Source: Pseudomonadota bacterium (GTDB lineage Bacteria; Myxococcota; JACRCW01; JAFGSX01). Taken from it: a stretch of DNA of 64,000 bases. Location of the stretch: the NCBI GenBank assembly GCA_043821645.1, contig JBDRCO010000037.1, forward strand, positions 1-64,000, read 5' to 3'. A program made the position numbers and the translations under genes. How positions within the stretch are numbered: position 1 is the first letter of the stretch; the number at the start of each line of letters is the position of its first letter. This document shows positions 20,277 to 29,602 of this stretch, piece after piece. A model generated the notes under the pieces. That model had not been told where the DNA came from and did no database searches. It saw nothing but the letters and a program-made list of their open reading frames with translations.

Positions 20277-20934
20277 GGACGACCACCACCGGTTCGGTGT
20301 GGGGACACATTGGCCATGGGCTCCCTCACAGCGGCGAATGGCATGCTGAACAGCATCTCTGGAAGTCTAGCACCCCCGCGGAGCCAAGCGAGTCAGAGCC
20401 CTTGCGCCGTGCCACGACTGGATTCAACAAGAACGCTCCCGGGCAGAGCGGTCAGGGTGCCCCATCCAGTGCCAGCAAGTCCTCCTGCGTCGTGCGCGCT
20501 GAGTGCCGCACGGCACCGTCTCGACGCCAGCTTGCCTGTCCCTGGTCATGCAGGGAAACCAACCATGAGACGCATCCAGGCCACGACTTCTGAGTATCTG
20601 GTGGTGAGTTGTCACGGCTTGCTGCGCACTGTGTGTCTGGGCGAGCTGCGCGACCTGGTGGCGCGCATGACCTTGCATGACTGCGTCGAGGAGCGAAAGT
20701 CGACCCTGGCCCAGGGGATGGCCACCGCCCCGTCGCGGGTCGGTGCGGATGACGCCTCGTTGAACGGCCTGGCACCCCTGGTGAGTGACGGTCTCTTCCT
20801 GCCAACCCAACGGGAATCTCGGTCCTCCCTGGCTGTCGAAAAAAACGCGGCACTGGTTTGAACAGCTCCCGAAAGCCTGCTATTCGACAGGGCTGCTGTC
20901 GTCGACAACCATTCCCGATACTGGAGTGCGAGCC

Positions 20935-23736
20935 ATGAAGACTCGAGCATGGATGGCAGGCGCAGCCGGCGCGCTGCTGGTCGCCGCTGGGGTGCGTGCA
21001 CAGGATGAGTACTGTGTCTCCGCGAGTTGGAATAACTGGGATACCACCTGTCAGGTCTTCAACAATGCGTTGACCCTGCAACCCGATGGGACCTACCAGG
21101 CACATGACTTCTTCGACGCTGACGCGCCGCCCAACTGGGCCGCCTGGGTCATCTACGAGAAGTCCGCGAGTCCGGCGGTCCGCCACGGTGCGCTGTGGGG
21201 AGACGACGACGCTCACCCTGAAGCGCTCCTCTACGTCGCACCGGAGCCAGGCAATTATGACGGATTCTTTTTCCTGGACCCACGCGACCGCTCGGCCGAG
21301 GGTTGGGTCCCGAACGGCCCCACGGTGGGCGCCGATGCAGCGCTCGCCTGGTCACACCCCTGCGGCAACAACTGCCTGGACGGAGTCAAATACTTCTGGC
21401 AGGTGCTGGGCGACTTCGAGGTCAGCACAGGAGTCAGCTACTTCGAGGGTGTCGGTTGCAGCCCCGGCGCAACCAACTGCCTGCCCTGGATGCTGACAGA
21501 GTCCGGCATCTTTACCACGGCCACCACCGGTGCGGGCTGGGACCAGAGCCTCGGCCGCGACGGTGTCTACACCTTTGGAATGATCATTCCATCCGAACTG
21601 GCTGGCACCGATGTGCACTGGCGCGCTGCGACCAACACGGATGACGGCCAGGTCACCACACAGTACGGCCCATCCGGGTGGCTGTTTGTCCAGGATGGCA
21701 CGCCGAGCCTGGACCCGGGCGACGTGACCACGACGCTTCCGGCAGAAGCCCGTGGCCAGCTGCTCCTGCTCGAGTTTGACGCCTATTACGGCCGCCTGCG
21801 GGGTCGGATCATGCCACCTCCCAAACTGCTGCTCACCGAGTTGGTGACCTCGCCACTCGCCGGCGAGTACGTCGAACTCTACAACCCCACCGATCTCGTC
21901 GTGTCCCTCGAGAACTACTACCTGTCCGATGTGCACACCTACCATCAGATTCCTCAGAGTGCGCCTCCGTCGGTGAGCGCCGGAGACTTCATCGCGCGTT
22001 TCCCGGCTGGCGCGCGCATCGAGCCCCACACCTACGAGGTGGTGTCCCTACACAACGATCTTCAGTACACCGGTGTGTACGGGGCGACGCCTGGCGCGGA
22101 CTACAAGCTGCACCTGGACAGCAGCGGCGACAACAGCACCCGGATGCGCGAGGCTTTTTCAGGAAGCATTCCTGGGACCGACGCCAGCCCGATGCTGACC
22201 GATACCAACGAGATGGTGGTGCTCTTCCACTGGGACGGCATCAACGACCTCGTGTTCGACGTCGACTATGTGTTTTATGGCGCTCCCGCAGCTCCGAACT
22301 CGCCCGTCAACAAGTCTTCGGTCAGCGCCGAGAGCGACACGGATTCGGACGCAGTGGCCAGCGACTACCAGGACGACGCTGACTTCGCATCGGCCACTCA
22401 TTTGCATGCGCCGGAACATGCCTCGGGACTGAGCATCGCCCGCGTCAAGTACGATGAGATCGGTTTTGATGGTAGCGACCACCTTCAGCTTACCGGCTGT
22501 AGCCCCTCCGGTAGCCACTGCAACGGCATCTCTGGCGAGGACGAGACCTCGGAGTGGAGCAGCCTGACCTGGCGCGTCACCACGGCGCCGGCACCTGGAA
22601 TGGCCGATTTTCTCACCGATGGTACGCCCTGCACGACGGACTCGGAGTGCATCAGCGACAATTGCCGGTTGGTGATCGGCGGCAGCTCACATTCGTGTGT
22701 GGCTGCGGGCTACTCCTGCGTCGACAGCAACGGCGATGGCTTGCTGACCTTCGAGGCTGCCTGCTTCGGCGCCACCACCGGCACCTGCACTGCGCTGGAT
22801 ACCTTCGAGTACGTCGACTGCGACGATTCTCTGGCATGCACTATGGACAGTTGCAGCCTGGGTGTCTGCACCAACGATCTGCAAGTCGGACACTGCCTCA
22901 TCGGCACCACCTGCGTGGCAGAGGACAGCCTTCAGGGCGGTGAGGAATGCATGTCCTGCCGGCCCACGCTGGATCCGCAGGCCTGGTCCATGGTGGAGGA
23001 CGGCACTGTCTGCACGGATACCGCACCCAGTGACTGCAAGACCGCGGCTTGCGTGAGCGGTGGATGCAGCCAGAGCTACGGCAACCAGCAGCCAACCTCG
23101 ATGTGCGACGACGGCGATGCCTGCACCGACGGCGATCAGTGCGACAGCATCGGTGTTTGTCTGCCCGGTACGGACATCTGCCAGGAGGACGCCGGCGTTG
23201 GCTTGGACGTCTCCCCGGGGGCCGACGTGGTGACGGCCAGCGACGCTGCCTCGGACCCAGATGTCGCGACCGCTGGCGACGCGACTGCCCAGGACGTCAC
23301 GACCTTGGCTGACGCGGGCAATGTGGACAGCGCTGTGACAGCTGACAGCGCGGTGACAGTGGACAGTGCAGTGACGCCCGACAGCGCGGTGACAGTGGAC
23401 AGTGCGGTAACGCCAGACAGTGCGGTGACAGTGGACAGTGCACTGACACCTGACAGCGCGGTGACGCCGGACAGCGCCGGGGCGGCTGACGCACTGGTAG
23501 TAGACGGTGCTGCGGTCGTGGACGGCGGATCGCTGGATACGACGCACATCGTCGACGCTCCCCCTCCAGTGGACGGCGGCAACGCCCCCCGAATCGATCC
23601 CACGGGAGGTGGCTGCAGCTGTCGTGCCCTGGGCGACACCAACGAGGCAGAAGGGCTCCTGGGCCTGCTGTTGCTCGGACTGCTGTCGAGAAGGCGGCGC
23701 TTGCGAGAACGCACCTCACTGCTCACCGCGCCGTGA
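20935..23736 (+). CDS. Large Cys-rich surface protein with lamin-tail-like domain, Asp-periodic stalk and MYXO-CTERM-like tail
   Basis: Signal peptide; LLTEL..EYVELYNPT..LENYYLSD; CDDGDACT..DQC Cys repeats; GGGCSC..LLGLLLLGLLSRRRR. Confidence 0.8.
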   Translation: MKTRAWMAGAAGALLVAAGVRAQDEYCVSASWNNWDTTCQVFNNALTLQPDGTYQAHDFFDADAPPNWAAWVIYEKSASPAVRHGALWGDDDAHPEALLYVAPEPGNYDGFFFLDPRDRSAEGWVPNGPTVGADAALAWSHPCGNNCLDGVKYFWQVLGDFEVSTGVSYFEGVGCSPGATNCLPWMLTESGIFTTATTGAGWDQSLGRDGVYTFGMIIPSELAGTDVHWRAATNTDDGQVTTQYGPSGWLFVQDGTPSLDPGDVTTTLPAEARGQLLLLEFDAYYGRLRGRIMPPPKLLLTELVTSPLAGEYVELYNPTDLVVSLENYYLSDVHTYHQIPQSAPPSVSAGDFIARFPAGARIEPHTYEVVSLHNDLQYTGVYGATPGADYKLHLDSSGDNSTRMREAFSGSIPGTDASPMLTDTNEMVVLFHWDGINDLVFDVDYVFYGAPAAPNSPVNKSSVSAESDTDSDAVASDYQDDADFASATHLHAPEHASGLSIARVKYDEIGFDGSDHLQLTGCSPSGSHCNGISGEDETSEWSSLTWRVTTAPAPGMADFLTDGTPCTTDSECISDNCRLVIGGSSHSCVAAGYSCVDSNGDGLLTFEAACFGATTGTCTALDTFEYVDCDDSLACTMDSCSLGVCTNDLQVGHCLIGTTCVAEDSLQGGEECMSCRPTLDPQAWSMVEDGTVCTDTAPSDCKTAACVSGGCSQSYGNQQPTSMCDDGDACTDGDQCDSIGVCLPGTDICQEDAGVGLDVSPGADVVTASDAASDPDVATAGDATAQDVTTLADAGNVDSAVTADSAVTVDSAVTPDSAVTVDSAVTPDSAVTVDSALTPDSAVTPDSAGAADALVVDGAAVVDGGSLDTTHIVDAPPPVDGGNAPRIDPTGGGCSCRALGDTNEAEGLLGLLLLGLLSRRRRLRERTSLLTAP
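23326..23469 (+). repeat. Eight tandem 18-bp units encoding DSA(V/L)T(A/V/P)
   Basis: Units such as gacagcgcggtgacagtg and gacagtgcagtgacgccc, read directly. Confidence 0.9.
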
Positions 23737-24946
23737 AGTACTGCCCCTCGAGGTCAATGGTGTAGTCGATGTCGACGCTGGGCGTGCTGCCGGCGACCAG
23801 GAACTGGTGTACCAGGACTTGCTTTCCGGGTTCTGGAATGCGGTCGGTGAACTCCACTGCAGGTACGCTGTCGACGGGGGCGAGGCTGCCGCCGCTCCAG
23901 GCGTAGTTGAACACCGCAGGCAGGTGCACCACCACGAAGTACTCGTTGACTGTCCAGGATGCCGAGGGGAAGGCGTGATGCAAGCGGCCCGACAGGTTGT
24001 AGCCTGAAGCCTCTCCCAGCAGCACCAGCTCCAGGCTGGCGCTCTCGTCTCCCGCCCTGGCGTGGGCCACGATCAAGCGCACCGCGCCGTCTTCGACCAC
24101 AAAGGGCACGCCCACGCCGTTGACGAAGACCTTGTCGACCTGCTGTCCGGCAGGCACCTGCAAGGAGATGGTGGGCTTGCCGCTGAAGCGCAGTGCGAAG
24201 TGCACGCGGGTGATGGGGCGGCCTGCCAGGGTCGACACCATGGAGGCCGTGGCCGCGGTGACGACGGGCTCGATGGGAACCTGCGGCGCCGAACGGGCCA
24301 CGCGCTCGATTGGCACCAGGCGCTTCCAGGACATGGCAAGCTCGGCACCTCGAGGGTGCACGACCACCCCGTCGGCCTCGCGCTGCAGTCCCTTGCCCAG
24401 GACTTCGAACAGGGCACCGTCATGTCGCAAGCGCAGGACAGTGGGGGCAGCGGCGTGAAGCAGAAGTGTCGCCGTGCGCCTGTCGCGCTCGACGCGGGCG
24501 CGCTTGATCAAGGTGACGTCAAAGGTATAGCGGCCCCGGCGCTGGGTGGCCAGGCTCAGGGCTCCACCCTCGGACAGCAGGGTGGCATTCTCGATCGCGG
24601 GCAAGGACGGGATGCTGAGATCCTCGTCGGGGCGGAGCAAGGGCAGCTCGGTCCAGGTGCCGTCCGCCAGCACGGCCACCTCGAAGTGAGCGTCCAGCGC
24701 CACGGCGTCGTCGAGCAGGCGACCCTGGATCTCGATGTGCTGCACGGCGGCCGCCACCGGAGGCTTGGCCGGGCGAGCCTGTTGACCCGCCTCGTTCTCG
24801 CGGTATAGCCGCAACACCTCGTCGAGGGGGACCGTGGCCTGAGCCTGGCTCCGGGAGGACTCCTGGGCAGCCAGAGGCGTGATGGCGACAAACAGCAGTG
24901 CGACCATGGACAACAACCAACTCAGGGGTGTGTTCTCAATGCGCAT
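23723..24946 (-). CDS. Exported hypothetical protein coupled to the creD-like gene
   Basis: Signal peptide ending PLAA-Q; GGGAGG RBS; overlaps the creD-like stop. Confidence 0.7.
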   Translation of the reverse strand: MRIENTPLSWLLSMVALLFVAITPLAAQESSRSQAQATVPLDEVLRLYRENEAGQQARPAKPPVAAAVQHIEIQGRLLDDAVALDAHFEVAVLADGTWTELPLLRPDEDLSIPSLPAIENATLLSEGGALSLATQRRGRYTFDVTLIKRARVERDRRTATLLLHAAAPTVLRLRHDGALFEVLGKGLQREADGVVVHPRGAELAMSWKRLVPIERVARSAPQVPIEPVVTAATASMVSTLAGRPITRVHFALRFSGKPTISLQVPAGQQVDKVFVNGVGVPFVVEDGAVRLIVAHARAGDESASLELVLLGEASGYNLSGRLHHAFPSASWTVNEYFVVVHLPAVFNYAWSGGSLAPVDSVPAVEFTDRIPEPGKQVLVHQFLVAGSTPSVDIDYTIDLEGQYFTAR

Positions 24947-26186
24947 GGGAGCCTCCCTCGCTGGCCACACTGGCCAGGGTGTCGTCGACGACCCGTCCGA
25001 AAGCAGAGCGCGTGGTCAGCACCATCAGCGCGCTCAGGCCCACCAGGATCTCGAGGCAGTAGATGAGGCCGGTGTAGCCCTGGGCGATGACCGCCACGTT
25101 GGGCACCAGCAAGAAGGAGATCAGCAAGCCAGCGACAGAGCGGCGAGCCGCGGGTGCAATGACCAGACCCAGGTAGAAGGTGAGCAGCGCGCCGATGATG
25201 AGCAAGGACAGGCCAAAGGCCAGGTAGAAGTCCATGAAGGCGGCCAGGTAGGCCAGCAGTACGAAGAAGAAGCCGTAGCCCGCAGCGGCCAGGTAGCCCT
25301 CGTGCAAGCGCAGCCGGCGACCGTGGAGCAGACACAGGGCGATGATGCCGGCGTAAAACAGGGTGAAGGTGGCCCAGCTCCGCCGCACCATGGTGGCGAT
25401 GAGCTCGTCGTAGGACTTGAGTGAGGGCAGCACCACACCGACGGGAATCCCGGACTCGAGCGAGGCGAAGCTCCAGCCCAGGTCGATGCGGTCGCCGTCG
25501 GCGCTGACTTCGTGCGCAGGCACCACTCCATCCTCGTAGTCGAAGTTGTCACCCCCTGTGATGTGGACCTGGACGTCGACGTTGTGCGCGGGCAGGGCCG
25601 GATCCATGCGGTAGGTGAAGGCATCGAGGCCGCGGCCGGTGAAGAAAAGCGCGAACGTTGCGACCTCGTCGGGTTTGAGGCGACCCGTCCACATCAAGGT
25701 GTCGCCATCGCCTGGCGCGCCACGGCCGCCGTCGCGTCCGTTGACCGTGAAGGCCAGGTCCGCCAGCAGGATCTGGTTCCGCGCGCGCTGCAAAGGGAAC
25801 ACGAACACCACGTCGATGTCCCGGGTCTGATGGTTGCGTGCCTCGAAGGTGCCGCGAAAGCTGAAGTCGAAGCCCGAGAAGTAGATGAGCCCCCGTTTGC
25901 GGTAGTTCATGGCGGCGTCCACCAGGATCTGCTGTCGCTCGAAGGGCATGGCCTGCAGAGCATTGAACACGGTGCCGCTCTCGACCCAGCGCAGCGACGG
26001 TACAGGCTGCGCGATGGGTGCCCCCCAGCGCTCCATCACGTCCTGATGCAGCTCGCTGTCGGCGAAGGTGCGCCGGTTGGACATCTGGCCCGAGATGGTG
26101 ATGGCCACCACCAGCAAGATGAGCAGTCCACCAAAGAAGTGAAAGCGCGAGGGAATCTGGAGCAGGATCTTGAGTCGTCGCCACAT
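24936..26186 (-). CDS. creD: CreD-like inner membrane protein
   Basis: N-terminal TM, large periplasmic loop, six C-terminal TMs (FFVLLAYL..FYLAF); CAGGAGG RBS; lies downstream of a two-component system. Confidence 0.65.
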   Translation of the reverse strand: MWRRLKILLQIPSRFHFFGGLLILLVVAITISGQMSNRRTFADSELHQDVMERWGAPIAQPVPSLRWVESGTVFNALQAMPFERQQILVDAAMNYRKRGLIYFSGFDFSFRGTFEARNHQTRDIDVVFVFPLQRARNQILLADLAFTVNGRDGGRGAPGDGDTLMWTGRLKPDEVATFALFFTGRGLDAFTYRMDPALPAHNVDVQVHITGGDNFDYEDGVVPAHEVSADGDRIDLGWSFASLESGIPVGVVLPSLKSYDELIATMVRRSWATFTLFYAGIIALCLLHGRRLRLHEGYLAAAGYGFFFVLLAYLAAFMDFYLAFGLSLLIIGALLTFYLGLVIAPAARRSVAGLLISFLLVPNVAVIAQGYTGLIYCLEILVGLSALMVLTTRSAFGRVVDDTLASVASEGGSHAH

Positions 26187-26270
26187 GGTCGCCTCCTGGG
26201 GATGACGCACCCAGCATCGCCTGTGGGAGTGGCGCCCGAATGCCGAAGAGGTCGCGAGGTGGTGGCGAGA

Positions 26271-26288
26271 TCGTGCAGAACCTGTGCA
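26271..26288 (-). promoter_or_regulatory. Putative response-regulator box upstream of the creD-like gene
   Basis: Minus strand TGCACAGGTTCTGCACGA (TGCAC-N6-TGCAC); 17/18 identical to 28639-28656. Confidence 0.6.
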
Positions 26289-26316
26289 GACGCGTGTCAG
26301 ACCGGCTCGACAGCGA

Positions 26317-27876
26317 TCAGAGCAGGACGGTGAAGCGGCTGCCGGGCTGCTCCGGGTGGTACTCGATGCGGCCACCCCTGGCATCGGCAATGGCCTTGAC
26401 GATGGCCAGCCCGAGCCCCGTGCCCCCCTGGTCGCGCGCTGTGGTGAAGAAGCGCTGGAACAGGCGGGTCTGGTTGGCCAGGCTGATACCCGCACCGTGG
26501 TCGCGGACCTCGAGGTGAAGGTGCTGGCCCTCGCCGCGCAGGGTCACCTGCACTGGTTGGTCAGCGGCGTGCCGCAGCGCATTGTCGATCAGGTTGCATA
26601 GGACCGAGACCAGGTGATCCGGAAGGATGTCGAGGTGGATAGGGGTATCCCGCAGGTCCCACTGCACGGCCTCGCCATAGCGCTGCCGCAGCGAGTTCAC
26701 GATGTGCGACACGTCGACAGCGTGTATGCCACTGTCCGGCGTGGCGCTCTCGATGCGGGTCAGCTCGAGCAAGCGATTGACCAGGCGCTCCATGCGCTCG
26801 CTGTCGTGCAGGATGTTGTCGACGAAGCGCGTGCGCTGGGTCTCGTCCATGTCCTGCCAGCCGTCGCGCAGGAGCTCCGCCGCGCCTCGGATGGAGGTGA
26901 TGGGGCTCTTGAGCTCGTGGCTGGCTGTGGCCGCGAACTGCACCAGCTCGGTACCGCGCTCGGCCAGGCGCCGGGTCATGGTGTCCAGGGCCTGGGCCAG
27001 CACTCGCACCTCGGCAGGGGCCCAGCCGTCCACCGCCAGGACCTGCTCGGGCGCACCTCCGGTGATGGCGCGGGCGCGTACCGTGAGCCTGCGCAGCGGC
27101 CTGGCAATCGCCGTGGCGAAGAGCAGGCCGATTCCCAGCACGGCCAGCACCACCACGATGCCCACGCTGAGGAAGCCGCGGCGACTCAGCCACAGCGACG
27201 ACAGTGCATCCATGCTGGTGCGCGACATGCGAACCACGGCGATGACCTGGCCATCGACGAACAGCGGCAGGGCTGTGTAGACGCGGATGTCGCCACGCCG
27301 TCGCAGATCGCCGAGCGGTGGGGTGTCGCCCACCACCCGCCTGCGCTTGACGGCCGTGTAGGTTCCGGCCAGGGCGCGCTGTACCTCGGGCAGGCTGGTC
27401 AGGCAGCGGCCCGCGTCGCCACCGGTGGTGGCCACGGTGCAGCCCCGGTGGTCGAGAATCCGGGCCGCGGTCAGGGTGAAGACCTGGGACCGTTGCAACA
27501 GCAGCTGCACTCTCTGGCCCGCACGACGTGCGGCACTGTCGACGTTCTGGGCTGCTGGCAATGCCGCGGACTCGGGCTCGGCGAGCGGGCTGAAGGCGCC
27601 GATCACTGGTTCGTAGGGTACCCAGCGCTGCTGTGCCCGTTCCGGGGGGCGGATGGCGAGTGCGGCGTCGGAGTGGTCGTTCTCCTCGAGCCAGGCCTGA
27701 CGAAAGGCCTCGCCGAGGACCACGCCCTGGGCAATGAGCTGCCTCTCGGTCTGGCGCAAGAGGTACACGTCGTACAGGCGCAGGGTCAGCACGGCTGCCA
27801 GGGGCAGAGCCAGCACGGCAGCGTTGGCACCTACCAGCAGCCAGCGAATCGACGGTCCGCGCGACGCGGTGCTCAC
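26317..27876 (-). CDS. HAMP sensor histidine kinase (CreC/ChvG-like)
   Basis: SHELKSPITSIRGAAELL H-box, NLIDNALRH, DHGAGI, GTGLGL; two TM segments. Confidence 0.9.
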   Translation of the reverse strand: MSTASRGPSIRWLLVGANAAVLALPLAAVLTLRLYDVYLLRQTERQLIAQGVVLGEAFRQAWLEENDHSDAALAIRPPERAQQRWVPYEPVIGAFSPLAEPESAALPAAQNVDSAARRAGQRVQLLLQRSQVFTLTAARILDHRGCTVATTGGDAGRCLTSLPEVQRALAGTYTAVKRRRVVGDTPPLGDLRRRGDIRVYTALPLFVDGQVIAVVRMSRTSMDALSSLWLSRRGFLSVGIVVVLAVLGIGLLFATAIARPLRRLTVRARAITGGAPEQVLAVDGWAPAEVRVLAQALDTMTRRLAERGTELVQFAATASHELKSPITSIRGAAELLRDGWQDMDETQRTRFVDNILHDSERMERLVNRLLELTRIESATPDSGIHAVDVSHIVNSLRQRYGEAVQWDLRDTPIHLDILPDHLVSVLCNLIDNALRHAADQPVQVTLRGEGQHLHLEVRDHGAGISLANQTRLFQRFFTTARDQGGTGLGLAIVKAIADARGGRIEYHPEQPGSRFTVLL

Positions 27877-28562
27877 GCCAGGTCCTCGCGCAGGCGATAG
27901 CCCACGCCGTACACGGTCTCCACCGGGTCGCCGTCGAGTGCGGCGAACTTCTTGCGGATGCGCCGCACGTGGCTGTCGACGGTGCGGTCGGTGATGTAGT
28001 GATCCTGACCGTAGGCGCGGTCGACCAGCGCGTCGCGCGACAGTACGCGTCCCGGCGCCGACAGCAGGGCCTGCAGCAGGGCGAACTCGGTCACCGTGAG
28101 CACGACCTCGGTCTCGTGCCAGGTGCAGCGGTGTCGGCCGGGGTCGAGCACCAGCGGCCCCTGCTGCAACAGGGGCACGGGTTCGGTCGACGCGACGGGT
28201 TCGCGCAGCCTGCGCAGCACGGCCTTGACCCTGGCCACCAGCTCCCGCGGGCTGAAGGGTTTGGTCAGGTAGTCGTCGGCACCGAGCTCCAGGCCGAGCA
28301 CCCTGTCCAGCTCCTCGTCGCGCGCCGAGAGGAAGATGATGGGGACCTGGCTCACGGCACGGATGCGGCGGCACAGCTCCAGGCCATCTTGCTCGGGCAT
28401 GACCACGTCGAGTATCAGCAGCTCGGGGGACTCCCGCTCGAACTGCTGCCAGCCCTGGATCCCGTCCGCGGCCTCGCGGACCTGGTGGCCTGCCTGGGTC
28501 AGAGCAAAACGCAGCACCTCGCGGATGTGCCCGTCGTCGTCGACGATGAGGATGCTGGCCAT
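27873..28562 (-). CDS. OmpR-family response regulator (CreB/ChvI-like)
   Basis: ILIVDDD, LDVVMP, GADDYLTKPFSPREL, DRTVDSHVRRIRKK, TVYGVGY. Confidence 0.93.
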   Translation of the reverse strand: MASILIVDDDGHIREVLRFALTQAGHQVREAADGIQGWQQFERESPELLILDVVMPEQDGLELCRRIRAVSQVPIIFLSARDEELDRVLGLELGADDYLTKPFSPRELVARVKAVLRRLREPVASTEPVPLLQQGPLVLDPGRHRCTWHETEVVLTVTEFALLQALLSAPGRVLSRDALVDRAYGQDHYITDRTVDSHVRRIRKKFAALDGDPVETVYGVGYRLREDLA

Positions 28563-28638
28563 GGATGCCCTCTAAAGAATTACAGAACCCATGCTAGCAG
28601 AGCGCACCCGGGGTTCGGGTGGAAGGCTGCAGGCAAAC

Positions 28639-28656
28639 TCGTGCCGAACCTGTGCA
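28639..28656 (-). promoter_or_regulatory. Putative autoregulatory box upstream of the response regulator
   Basis: Plus strand TCGTGCCGAACCTGTGCA, near-identical to 26271-26288 and at a similar distance from the ATG. Confidence 0.6.
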
Positions 28657-28713
28657 CGTGTTCCCGCCCTGCGCGCGCCGACCGGCGGTATGGTCCCGGG
28701 TCTTCTGATCTCT

Positions 28714-29592
28714 TCAACCGGCGAGGAGCCGGAACAATCCCAGCATCCAGGCGAGAGCCACCACGAGACAGGCGCCGGTCGCGAGCATGGCCTGACGGGA
28801 TGCTGTCCGGACACGCGAGCCCAGCTGCCGCCACAGCAGGGCCAGCACGAGTCCCATGCCGAAGCCGAACAAATGAGCGGTGACGTCGGTCTTCTCGGAC
28901 GATCCCAGCAAGCCGAGCAGGGCAAAGCCCGCGGCCAGGGGCAACCAGGCGCGCAGGCGTTCGCGGCGGTCGCGGTGCCGCGCCAGGGCATTGGTCACGG
29001 CGAGCAGGCCAATGGCTCCGAACACGGCGGTGGAGGCTCCGATCGAGTTGTGACCCTGCTGGTGGAGCAGCGCATTGAGCAGGTTGCCAAGGGCTCCCGT
29101 CGCCAGGACCAGGGCCCAGCCCGCACCCGCACCCCACAGAGCGGCCACCGCTCCACCGAAAAGGATCAGCCCGACCATGTTCCCTAGCAGGTGAGCGACG
29201 TCGCCATGCAAGAACAGTGCAGTGACCGTCCTGTCCAGCTCACCGCCCAGGATGGCGTCGGCGCGCGCCCCACAGCTGGCGATGAGCGTGCGGCGTGCAA
29301 GCAGCGTCAGCGAGGCCAGATGCACCGCGGCCATGGAGGCGGCTACCAGCATGCCGCTGGTCGACAGGACGTAGCGGGGGAGGGGTCGAGCGGAGCGTGA
29401 ATCCGGCTGGTTCTCCTCGAGGAAGCGGTCGATGGCCCGGAGCGCGCGCAGGTGATCTAGCTCGTCCACCCACAGCTCCCAGCCCGTCGCAGCCAGGTGG
29501 CTCTGATGCACCACGCCTGACGAGGCCAGGACCAGCGAGAATGTGTCCTTCTGCTCCACGGTCAGCTCTGACAGTGCAGTACGCATGCCCAT
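28714..29592 (-). CDS. Rhomboid family intramembrane serine protease
   Basis: HGDVAHLLGN, IGASTAVFG (catalytic Ser), AHLFGF (catalytic His). Confidence 0.9.
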   Translation of the reverse strand: MGMRTALSELTVEQKDTFSLVLASSGVVHQSHLAATGWELWVDELDHLRALRAIDRFLEENQPDSRSARPLPRYVLSTSGMLVAASMAAVHLASLTLLARRTLIASCGARADAILGGELDRTVTALFLHGDVAHLLGNMVGLILFGGAVAALWGAGAGWALVLATGALGNLLNALLHQQGHNSIGASTAVFGAIGLLAVTNALARHRDRRERLRAWLPLAAGFALLGLLGSSEKTDVTAHLFGFGMGLVLALLWRQLGSRVRTASRQAMLATGACLVVALAWMLGLFRLLAG

Positions 29593-29602
29593 GGCGCGAC
29601 GA

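Noticed and set aside
20565-20861. 98-aa ORF as a confident CDS
   Set aside because: Weak codon bias and no recognisable motif; mentioned only as a possibility
23326-23469. CRISPR array
   Set aside because: Contiguous in-frame 18-bp coding units with no spacers and no cas genes
28714-29592. Rhomboid as the sortase for the nearby MYXO-CTERM proteins
   Set aside because: Only proximity supports it; rhombosortases act on GlyGly-CTERM and nothing in the sequence links this enzyme to these tails
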